Of a stretch of 60,000 bases of DNA, positions 12,905 through 23,303 are shown piece after piece. The notes beneath the pieces were generated by a model, which was not told the DNA's origin, searched no databases, and saw only the letters and a list, made by a program, of their open reading frames with translations. Source of the DNA: Squalus acanthias (Eukaryota); the NCBI GenBank assembly GCA_030390025.1, contig CM059431.1, positions 154,382,001 to 154,442,000 on the forward strand, given 5' to 3'. Numbering within the stretch: position 1 is the stretch's first letter; the number at the start of each line of letters is the position of its first letter. A program made the position numbers and the translations under genes.

Positions 12905-14320
12905 CTCTGAATGCAGAAATGTCTCCTCATCTTTGTCCTAAATGGCCGACCCCTTATTCTGAGATTATGACCCCTGGTTCTAGACTCCCCAGTCAGGGGT
13001 AACATCCTCCCTGCATCTACCCTATCAACCCCTGTAGGAATTTTGTATGTTTCAATGAGACCATTCTTCTAATCTCTAGAGAATATAGGTCTAGTCTACT
13101 CAATCTCTTCTCATAGCACTACCCCGCTATCCCAGGAACCAGTCTGGTGAAACTTCGTTGCATTCCCTTTATGGCAAGTATATCCTTCCTTAGGTAAGGA
13201 GATGAAAACTGTACACAATACTCCAGGTGTGGTCTCACCGGGGCCCTATATAATTGCAGTAATACGTCTTTACTGTTAAACTCAAATCCTCTTTTAATAA
13301 AGGCCAACATACCAGTTGCTTTCCTAATTGCTTGCTGTACCTGCATGTTAACTTTCAGTGATTCCTGCACAAGGAAACCCAGGTCCCACTGAACACCAAT
13401 ATTTCCCAATTTCTCACTATTTAAAAAAAACTCTGCTTTTCTATTTTTCCTGCCAAAATGGATAACTTCACATTTCTCCACGTTATATTCCATTTACCGT
13501 GTTCTTGCCCACTCACATAGCTTGAAGCCTCTTTGGATCCTTCTCACAACTTATATTGCCGCCCAGCGTTGTTCTATCAGCAAACTTGGATATATTACAT
13601 TTGGTCCCCTCTTCCAAATCATTGATATAGATTATGAATAGCTGAGGCCCAAGCACTGATCCTTGCGGTTCCCCACTAGTTAGTGCCTACCAACTCGAAA
13701 ATGGCCAGTTTAATCCTATTCTCTCTTTTATGTCCAGTCCTCAATCCATGCCATAATATTACCCACGATCCCATGAACCCTAATTTTGTTTAATAACCTC
13801 TTATGTGGCACGTTATCGAATGCCTTCCGAAGATCCAAATGCACCACATCCACTGGTTCCCCCTTATCTATTTTGTTAGTTACAGTCTCAAAAATCTCTA
13901 ACAGATTCGTCAAGCACGATTTCCCTTTCATAATTGCGTGTTGACTCTGCCGAATCCTATTATTATTTTCTAAGGGCCTGTTACCACGTCCTTAGTAATA
14001 GATTTTAGCATTTTCCACACTACTGATGTCAAACTAACTGGTCTGTAGTTCCCCGTTTTCTCTCTGCCTCCTTTCTTAAACCGTGAGTTTACATTTGCGA
14101 CCTTCCAATCCGCGGGAACCGTTCTAAAATCTATGGAATTTTGGAAGTGACAACCAATGCACCTACTATCTCTATAGCCAACTCTTTCAAAACTCTTGGA
14201 TGTAGGGAATGAGGTTCAGGGGATTTATCGGCTTTTAGTCCCATTAATTTCTCCAGTACTATTTTGTTTTACGAATACTAATTTCTTTCAGTTCCTCATT
14301 CTCGCTGGAGCCTTGGTTCT
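12905..14320 (-). mobile_element. CR1 LINE ORF2 (RT) fragment
   Basis: ORFs 13119-13493 and 13728-13931 (GKSCLTNLLE, KAFDNVPH). Confidence 0.9.
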
Positions 14321-15239
14321 ACAAGGATTAGCCGGCTGAACAGTTAGCAAAATGCAGATAATGCACGGATTTAAATATCCTGGCCCACTTAATCACATAA
14401 TTTCAATGTACAGTTAAATTGAACTATCTAACGTCGCAAGTGATTGCTAACTGTACGTTTGAATGACAAAACTGACTTCAAATAACATCGACGTTATTTC
14501 ATTTGAATTGCCGATTTCGGAGCCACTTCCGGTTATTTCGTGCTATTTTCAACGATTCAAATATTTCAACTAGTTAATTATAGACAGAAACGTTAATTAG
14601 AACTATCGGCTCTCCCGCGGGAAATAGCTAGCAAGCGAATATCCCTAAAAGTTTATCCCTGAGGTTGTAGGAATCTTAAATGCGGAAAATACAGCTCCAG
14701 CTGCTTAGCAAATTCGCCTGGCGGCAGAAGCGAGCAGATGCGCAGTGAATTTGTGTTGATTCGCTTTATAATAGGAAAATATCGTAAAGCCTGGTGCATT
14801 TCAGGGTAAGAAAGAGGCAGAAACCGCATACCATGGAATTCTCTCACTAAACGCCTCCGCTTCTACAACCGCTGTCATTCCTTAAACGTCTGTTTGAAAC
14901 CCAGTTCTTTGACTACAGATTTATTATATCTTTCATAGGTCCGGGTGTTTGGGTGCTCCTGCCTCATTAAAATTTACTGCAGGGCCTTGTACTATTTAAT
15001 TTTCTACGTTGAAAGCTCCATATGAGTGCAAGTTGTTGTTGATGGTTCGTTATTTTAATCTCTGTACATTATGTATTATCTGTTAAGGCAAACATGTGAA
15101 AGTCACGAATAATGTTAATCGTTAAACAGCATCAGGTGATTGCAAGGCATTAAATTTAACCTGGAAACTCAGATCATGGACTGGAACAGTTATAGGTTAA
15201 TTTTCTGGACGTCGGCGTCCATATATATATATATATTCA

Positions 15240-15620
15240 TTCAAGACAATTTGGCGTCGCTGGCAAGGCCAGCATTTATTGCCAATCCCTAATTGCCCTT
15301 GAGAAGGTGGTCGTGAACCGCTTGCTTGAACCGCTACAGTCCGTGTGATGAAGGTACTTCCACAGTACTGTCAGAGAGGGATTAAAATGGTTTTGAATCA
15401 GCGACGATGAAGGTACGGCGAGATATTTCGAAGTCAGGATGGTATGTGCCTTGGAAGGGAACGTGGAGGTGGCGGTGTTACAATGCGCCTGCTGCTTTTG
15501 ATCTTCTCGGTGATAGTGGTCGCGGGTTTTGGAGGTGCTGCCGAAGAAGCCTTGGCAAGTTACCGCAGTGCATGTTGCAGATGGTACACACTGCTGCCAC
15601 GGGACGCACGTGGGGAAGGG
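15240..15620 (-). mobile_element. Non-LTR retrotransposon 3' fragment, RTE-X-like
   Basis: GCTGGCAAGGCCAGCATTTATTGCC..TCCCTAATTGCCCTTGAGAAGGTGG is recognised from memory as a common shark LINE end. Related copies at about 52045-52090, 52505-52537 and 57936-58290. Family assignment is tentative. Confidence 0.55.
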
Positions 15621-16251
15621 ATTGAATGCTGCTACTTTATGGACGCTTTTATGAGCTTTGGACTCCATTCCTCTAACGGCCTTTGGCACAGCCCGTTATA
15701 AACTTCAGCTTGGTCCGAGCTCTACTACTTGTATTCAAATTCACATTTACTTTCGCCGATCAGTATTGCCCTCCTTAACTGATCTCTATTGACTCCTGAT
15801 CCCAAATTGATAAATCGTGAAATCCTCCGACTCATCTACAAATCTAATAAGCTCTCGCCCACCTTATCTCGACAGTCTTCTTCACGTCCCCTATGACACA
15901 CTCCATTCTCTCCTCTCCCCTTGCTTTAGACCCCAGTGTATGGGTTCCTCTGCTTCGGACTCCAGGCAAAGAATTCATCCCCACTGGACGGGAATCGCCT
16001 CCTATATGCTTTCATCTCTCTACTTATTACTTACTTTAAACAGCGACCACATGTTGCAAGGCCTTTGTCGTTTGCTTACATATAAAAAAAAGGCAGCGTT
16101 AATTCTGAATTCCACCTCTATAAGGCGCCACTGGACGTTTTACTGCTTGAACTATTATGAACAACCTCTGTTGCGAAAGCAGTTAGTTCACAGTATTCAA
16201 TGTTTCATAGTGGGTATTGTGTTAATCGGTTCTTTTTAACAACCTTGACAG

Positions 16252-16421
16252 AAAAGTCAGATACTAAAGTCTTACTAACGTTGGCGAGCTACACGGATAT
16301 CCAGCTGCGCAGAATTATCATTTCCTACCGTCAGAGATTGGAACAGTCAATCGAAGAAGTAGTGGAGGACGTTAGTCAGTCGCTCTTAGATGCAAAAGTG
16401 TTTACTGAAACAGATCATAAA
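16252..16421 (+). pseudogene. NLR gene 1 exon: N-terminal half of death-fold (CARD-like) domain
   Basis: ttgacAG acceptor, GTatgc donor, phase 1 to 0. Open frame EKSDTKVLLTLASYTDIQLRRIIISYRQRLEQSIEEVVEDVSQSLLDAKVFTETDHK resembles shark NLR N-termini. Paralog at 58852-59020. Confidence 0.75.
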
Positions 16422-16689
16422 GTATGCTTCATATATGTTAGATTCGTATAGTGTTAAATGAGACAAACGAATGACTGCTTAGACAGACTGCGTTCTGGGC
16501 AAACCAACAATATAAGCAGTGCTTTACGCTCTACTGATTTAACTTCAGTAGTAATCCTGAAATTGCTGCCCGGTGCCAATGCAACCAACATTTCAACTGC
16601 TCTTCCGTGGTATCTCTCTGCTAAATTATTTTTGCTACAATTTTCAATTAATGCAATCATAATAAGAGAACAGCATGATTTTTTCATGG

Positions 16690-17000
16690 CAGTGTCCTAG
16701 GCCCAATTATCGTCAGCTGCTTCATCAATGAACTTCCCTCAAAAGGTCAGAATTGGGGTTGTTTGATGTTGAGTGGGCAGTGTTCAGTTCCATTCGCAAT
16801 TCCTCAGAAAATGAAGCAGTCCATGCCCGCATGAAGCAAGACCCGGGCAAAATTCACGTTTGAGCCAATAAATGGCAAGTTGCATTCACGCCGCTTAAGT
16901 GCCAGGTACTGGTCATCTCAAACAAGAAAAAGCCTAACCACATCCCTTTGACATTGAATGGCATTTCCTTCTTCGAACTTGCCAGTATGAGCATCCTGTG
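16690..17000 (+). mobile_element. Degenerate non-LTR RT fragment (RTE-X-like)
   Basis: Encodes SVLGPIIVSCFINELP, an RT motif-B-like sequence. Confidence 0.55.
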
Positions 17001-18722
17001 TACCACCATTAAATCCAGCTTTGAGAATTCACCGACAAACTTCTTGCAGTTAACGTGATTCGAGTTGCCAAAACACCTCGAAATGAATAATTGAATAAGA
17101 CACCACGTGCTGCACAGGCATGACGCGTCCTCATTACAGTCCCAGTGGAAAACCTGGGGCTAGGTCAAAACTATAATAACCACATACTTCTAATCGCATA
17201 TGAATTAATTAACTGAGATATACAAACTTAACTGTAGGAATTTCCCTTCGATCACGGACGACAGATTCCACCTCTTCTCTATCAAAATGGCCATGCCTTT
17301 CCAGTAAACCATGCAATTGGTTTGAGCCACTGCCGGTGGCGCCGATTTCTAACAATTTCTACTGAACATATCCAAGCCGTTTCATCCATTCCACTTCTTC
17401 TTAAGTCCCGTCCCTACTTCGGTCCGATACTCAGGGACAATAACAATCCCAGCCTCTCCTGAGATCACATCCTCTCAGGTCACGAATGACATAATGCCCA
17501 AATTATTTTGAAAGATACTAGACTCATCTGTGATGTTTCTCTGCCGCGTTTTTACAATACCTGCTCAATTATTTAACAGAAATGTAAATAAATAAAAGTG
17601 TTGTAAATAAAGCTGGTTTGTTGAAGGTACAGATTGTCTGGTGATATGATATAAAGATATGATCGACGTGGCTTATATAAGGGCAGGATTGGGAGAAAAA
17701 CTGTCTTGTTACCAAAAAATCCAGGCAATTGATATTGTAACCAACAAAGGGAGCATTCAGTTTCAGCACTGGAACTCAGGACAGCTAGTATTTAATACAA
17801 CTCAATCTATAAGACGTTCCTTGTCTTACACGAAATAGTGGAAAAGGGATAGAAGAAGACGTATATAGACAAATTGGAGAAAGTGCAGCGATATCAGTAA
17901 CAGTGATCGTTGACTTTAAATATCCAAAGGATACAAGTAACACTAGTGGGGAAGGGAGGCCGTGGTGTCTGCAGCGTGTCCAGGAGAACAGTTGGACGGT
18001 ACTGTTTTAGGACTTCACCTGACTTCACCTGACGAAGGAACAGCCGCTCCGAAAGCTTGTGATTACAAATAAAGCTGTTGGACTATAACCTGGTGTTGTG
18101 CGACTTCTCACGGTTTTAGGACAACAAGGAAGGAATGATTATTTCATCGATTTCTAGAAAAGGGCAGGAACATCTACGATTAGTGATATCGTAAGGATTC
18201 ATATGAATTGTAAAAGGTATCGTCACAATCAAAACAATATACATATGAATGGATAAATCTAATTTCAACGAGGCTAACATATAAGCCCAAATATATTGGG
18301 GTGGAAATTATCAGATAAAGTCGTGGGGAGCAATAGAAATCTGGCAAATAGGATAAGATTGCCATACAAGATACGCAAAATGCAGCACAAACTAGAAATG
18401 TGTGGATGTGCTTAGCAACATTAATCCCATTCCACATACACTTCAAATAAAGTAGTTGCACAAAGGACAGAATTGTTGAGCGATGAAAAGGGAATGGATT
18501 ATACAGGGGTCTAAGGATTAAACGAAAAGTTTTTGCTACTGTTTCGATGATTGAAACTTGGAAGACAATCGAAAAAGAAAAGCGGATGCGAGTAAAAGGG
18601 GCCGCCCATTCGCTTCATCCCATTTCACCCAAATGGACAACACCAAGTTCAACCACATTGTGAAACATTAATTATGGTTTTCAACTCGTAAAATCTGAGT
18701 TTCTAAAATCGCGTTGAGAGCT
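16985..18722 (+). repeat. Segmental duplicon Y, paralog of about 49600-51475
   Basis: Collinear similarity, e.g. TGAGAATTCAC..CAAACTTCTTGCAGTTA, CGTGGCTTATATAAGGGCAGGATTGGGA, ATCTGAGTTTCTAAAA. Contains very old LINE remnants decayed the same way in both copies. Confidence 0.88.
18014..18112 (+). mobile_element. 99-bp Penelope-type terminal fragment with minimal hammerhead ribozyme motif, 10-bp TSD
   Basis: GTTTTAGGAC at 18004-18013 and 18113-18122. TCAC-CTGACGA-stem II-GAAA-GCTT-GTGA at 18025-18062, then AATAAA. Confidence 0.75.
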
Positions 18723-18733
18723 TTACAAGTATT

Positions 18734-19474
18734 GGGTCGGATAATCCGACCTCCCACGGATGCGTATGACGTCTGTATGCGACAGTAGGGGCCTCGCAAG
18801 TGCCGGTTTCAGGAATAGGAAGCGCACACGATAAATTCGGCACTTCCGATCTGTCAAGAATCCTCTTGACCGATCATCCGCCTGCCCGGGAAAAGGGCCT
18901 CCGCGGGCAGACAATTCCACTTACTGCACAACCTACGCCCGCTGAAAACCTTTAACAATCTTATGCCTGATAAAAGCAGGCGTAAGGTCTGCTTTTACCA
19001 GAATAAGAGTTGTTTTTTAATTAACACATTTATAATTTAAAAATGGTAAGTTTATATTTAGCCCTTAAAAAATGCTAATTCGTTTTTCAAAAAATTTATT
19101 TTTCTTTAAAATATTTAATTTAATTTAATGTAATTTTAACGAATTTTAAATGTGTTATTTAAAAATATATATATTTATTGTTTAACTGTTTTTAAGTGAT
19201 CCCCATTTAAACTTTTGTCAGATCTCTGCTGAGAGACCTGTCAAAAGTGTGCAGGGGGATACCCTTCTTTGATTGGTTTCCTATGGCCCACATGATCCCA
19301 GGGGCGCTTGCGAACAGCCTGCGCCCGTGGGATACCTGGGCATCTGCGCGCAGTGGAACAGGTGAGGCCCAGGATCGGAAGTCTCGGAAGCTACGGAGCC
19401 AGCAGGTAAGTGGTAAGATTTTTCCAATCAGATGCATCCGCCCGTAGGAAGCCACCAATCGGAAAATTTGGCCT
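18734..19474. mobile_element. MITE copy M2 (opposite orientation to M1)
   Basis: Ends GGGTCGGATAATCCGA and TCGGAAAATTTGGCCT. TSD ATT/ATT. Homologous to the reverse complement of M1. Confidence 0.82.
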
Positions 19475-19480
19475 ATTTAT

Positions 19481-19872
19481 TGGCCGTAATTTGCGGCCCC
19501 GACAGTTGCGTACGATTTGTGTGCGCGCCGTAATGGACGCTCAATTTCCGAGTTTTCGCGCGCAAAGCACATGCGTGAACACCCGGAACTTGCGATCTGT
19601 CAGATCATCAGAATCCCCTGGGAAAGGGCATCCGCGGGTGGATAGTTCGGCTATATGCCCAGCATCTGCCCAGCGAATGCCTGTGAAATTCTTACGCCTG
19701 CTTTTACGAGCATGATTTTTTAAAAACATTTTGCCAATCATTTTTACATTAAAAAACCTGGGTGATATTCGAATTGGGCGGGGGAGCACAGCGAGCGGTA
19801 TCACATCTACCGGCCGTTATGCGCTCAGTCAATGCTGCTTTCCATTGACTTCAATAGAACTAAATATCGGGC
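19481..19872. mobile_element. Related shorter or chimeric MITE copy M3
   Basis: Starts TGGCCGTAATTTGCGG and shares CGATCTGTCA, GAAAGGGC, ATTCTTACGCCTG with the M2 left arm. Right boundary uncertain. Confidence 0.55.
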
Positions 19873-20877
19873 GTCTTGAAGTTCGTAGCGTTCGTGATGT
19901 GCTCTGGTCTCTTAATGCGTTTACCTATTTTAAGCGGAGGTTTCAACATGCACATTACTGGTATTCTAGGCTGTAAGAAATCTCCACTGCAGTCCCAAAT
20001 ATGGTAAATTGTTATGTTTGAGACTTATTGTATTTGTATGTCTGTATTTTTACATATATACAGATATATAAAATGTTTTATAAATGTGCAAATACATATA
20101 TAAATATAGATATATACATACATATATATAGACATAAATTATGAAGAGAAATTCTTGTATAATTCTTTATATATTTCTTATATAAAATAATTTATTGTAT
20201 AAAACTACAGACTGATACTCGAAAAACCACATTCGCCGCCATATACAACACAGCATAAAGATTGACCATAACAGTACCCAATTCCCCGAGATAACAAACA
20301 GTAAAATGATAGATTTCCTTCGGCTTTCCATCTCTGGGTCTCCGGGATCTTCGCCACTACTGTCGGTCACTAAAATGTGTCTGATGGTTAAAGCGTTGAG
20401 CACCAGAATCAGAACAAATGGCACCCGGGTGTTAGAGAATAATGAAGGAACTCGATTGCTGCCAGAACCCAACATGGCTTGTTACATGACAAAAGCAGGA
20501 TTCGTTCATAACCCAATATTGACCTGTGAACATAAAATACCAGCAATTTAACAAGATTGACTTTTGTAATTTTGTCGTATTTTAGAAATCTTCATTACCA
20601 TAAGCTCAAAATGCAACAGCAAACGGCCCATAGAGTGCTTCATAATGCATTGTCCTGGTACTTCATAAATGTATGCTGTGTACGGCTATTGTTTTTTTCT
20701 TCTATGAGTGTCAGGGAAATAAGGTTTAAAATAATTAAATGCCAACGCATTGCTGAGAAACTCTGTAGTTGTTCTTTAAATCTCTTGAGCATTAGTTTTT
20801 CCTTCATAGCACTGATCTGTTAAATATTTATCTCCTGAATAACAATGAATATAAACATTTCGCTCTTCATATTCAAG

Positions 20878-21736
20878 AGATAGAACTACAGCACAAACAC
20901 ACCCTCCGCAAGCAGAATGAAAAGCTGACAGTCAAAACTACTGGAGGAAAAGAAAGATCTCGAAGATTTTTTTCTGGATGAAAAATATACTAAAATAACG
21001 ATTGTTGCTTCCCTGCGTGAGCGGAGACTGTTCGAAAATGAACTGAAGGCTCGAGGTAGAGAGCGTGAAGAATTACAAAGGAAACACATCGAGAATGAGC
21101 TTGAAGAGATTCAGCTGGTTCAGTTGCTGAGTTTCGCTAAAACAGGCAATCCTGGGAAAACCGTGATAATTGGGTCCCCGGGGATTGGGAAAAGCACCAT
21201 GATACAGAAGATAATTCGGTATTCGGCCGCAGGGAAAATATACCAACAGTATAAAGTTGTCTTTTCTTTTAAGGTTCGACAATTAAATTTAATAAAAGGA
21301 ACAACATTGTTAAATAGCCTGATCTTGGATTCCTACCCCGATTTCGAAAATGAGTTGGAACTTTTGTGGAAAGAACCCGGAAACATATTGTTTATATTTG
21401 ATGACTTTGATGAATTTCATCAAACCATCGATTTCACCGATAATCAGAGAAACAACGACCCCCAATATCAGTGTTTCGATCCCGAGTGCTGCTGTGATGT
21501 GTCAGACATCGTGCGCTGCCTCATACGGGGACAGTTGCTGAAAGGCTGTTCAGTACTGATCAGAAGCCGCCCCTGGAAACTGCAGTCTCTGGGAAAGGGA
21601 ATTATAATTCCAACCGTCGAAATTCTGGGTTTCACCTCTGAGAAAATAAAACAATACTTCGTCCATTATTTTGGAGATAAACATTTTTCGACAGATGTAA
21701 TGGAGTATTGAGCAGAATGAGACATTGTACACCATG
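20878..21736 (+). pseudogene. NLR gene 1 NACHT exon, 5' part
   Basis: Acceptor ttcaAG. EIELQHKHTLRKQNEKLTVK, then +1 T in the T7 run 20967-20973, then LDEKYTKITIV...ENELKARGR. Walker A GSPGIGKST, Walker B ILFIFDDFDE. 2-nt deletion near 21708, then EQNETLYTM. Confidence 0.92.
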
Positions 21737-22029
21737 AGGAGACTCAGAACAAACTGCCACAGGACAGAGAGTGAGGAGACTCAGAACAAACTGCCACAGG
21801 ACAGAGAGTGAGGAGACTCAGAACAAACTGTCACAGGACAGAGTGAGGAGACTCAGAACAAACTGTCACAGGACAGAGAGTGAGGAGACTCAGAACAAAC
21901 TGCCACAGGACAGAGAGTGAGGAGACTCAGAACAAACTGCCACAGGACAGAGAGTGAGGAGACTCAGAACAAACTGCCACAGGACAGAGAGTGAGGAGAC
22001 TCAGAACAAACTGTCACAGGACAGGGAGT
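21736..22029 (+). repeat. Eight near-identical 37-bp monomers at the 5' end of CR1 E2
   Basis: Unit GAGGAGACTCAGAACAAACTGYCACAGGACAGAGAGT; the third copy is 35 bp. Confidence 0.97.
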
Positions 22030-22307
22030 GAGGCGGACCTGGGTGGAGCAACAGCGGCGAGGCGGCGGCGGTAAAAGGCGGCAGCGACCAGGTAGGCTTT
22101 CACCAAGCCGAGAGCAGGAGAGAGGTAAAAAATAATCGAAGTGTGACATCACCAGAAAGCAGGTAAGTGATTGGTTGGTGAGTATTTCTCTTTTTTTTTT
22201 ATACAAAACTTCAATTTTATTGTTTCTCGGGTATCTGTGGTGTAGCAGAGACTGCTGGCATAAATTAACTGAACAGTAAATAATACATTTTTAATTAATT
22301 ACATAGA

Positions 22308-23265
22308 ATGGGAGAGCAGGTGATGTGTTACTGCTGCAATATGTGGGAGCTGGTGGACACCATTGATGTTCACGGTGAACACATTTGCAGTAAGTGTTGG
22401 CTGCTCGAGGAACTCCGGCTCCGTGTTGATGAGCTGGAGTCCGAGCTTCAAACACTGCGACACATCAGGGAAGGGGGAGAGTTACCTGGACTCCGTGTTT
22501 CAGGAGGTAGTCACACCAATTAGAGTAACTAATTCAGAAGTAGCCCGTGGTCAGGGACAGGAAGGTGTGACTACGAGTGAGGCAGGTACAGGGATCCAGG
22601 AGGTAGTGTTGGAGGAGCCGCAGCCCTTGCTCTTGTCCAACAGGTTCGAGGCTCTTACTCCCTGTGTGGATAGGAGCGGGGACTGCAGGGAGGATGAGCA
22701 ACCTGGCCACAGCACCGTGGTAAGGGGGGCCATTCAAGTGGGGGGAGTAAAAAGAAATGTTGTAGTGGTAGGGGATAGTATCATTAGGGGGATAGATAGG
22801 GTTCTTTGCAGCCAAGAGCGAGAGTCCCGAAGGCTGTGTTGCCTGCCCGGTGCCAGGGTTAAGGACATCTCCTCTGGGCTGGAGAGAAACTTGGAGTGGG
22901 AGGGGGAGGATCCAGTTGTAGTGGTCCATGTTGGTACCAATGACATAGATAGGACAAGGAAAGAGGTTCTGCTGAGGGAGTTTGAGCAGCTAGGGGCCAA
23001 ATTAAAAAGCAGAACCTCGAGGGTAATAATCTCTGGATTACTACCTGAGCCACGAGCAAATTTGGCTAGGGTAAATAAAATCAGGGAGTTGAATGCGTGG
23101 CTCAAAGACTGGTGTGGGAAAAATGGGTTTTGCTTCTTGGGACACTGGCACCAGTACTGGGGCAGGAGAGAGCTGTTCCGTTGGGACGGACTTCACTTGG
23201 CCAGTGCTGGGACTAGTGTCCTGGCGAATCGAATAACTAGGGCTGTGGAGAGGGCTTTAAACTAA
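22308..23265 (+). CDS. CR1 ORF1: Cys-rich zinc-finger-like motif, coiled coil, SGNH esterase domain; one frameshift
   Basis: CYCC...CSKC, LEELRLRVDELESELQTL, VVGDS, VHVGTND, DGLHL. One extra G in run 22473-22477 relative to the in-frame homologue at 6118-6441. Confidence 0.9.
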
Positions 23266-23303
23266 TTAGTGGGGGGGAGGTTTCAAGAGAGCAAAAAATA
23301 AAA

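Noticed and set aside
21736..22029. 37-bp repeats resembling a CRISPR array
   Set aside because: Units are head-to-tail with no unique spacers, there are no cas genes, the context is eukaryotic, and the array forms the 5' end of a LINE.
22465..22485. Programmed ribosomal frameshift in CR1 ORF1
   Set aside because: The homologous E1 ORF1 is in frame here. One extra G in a G run is better explained by mutation or sequencing error.
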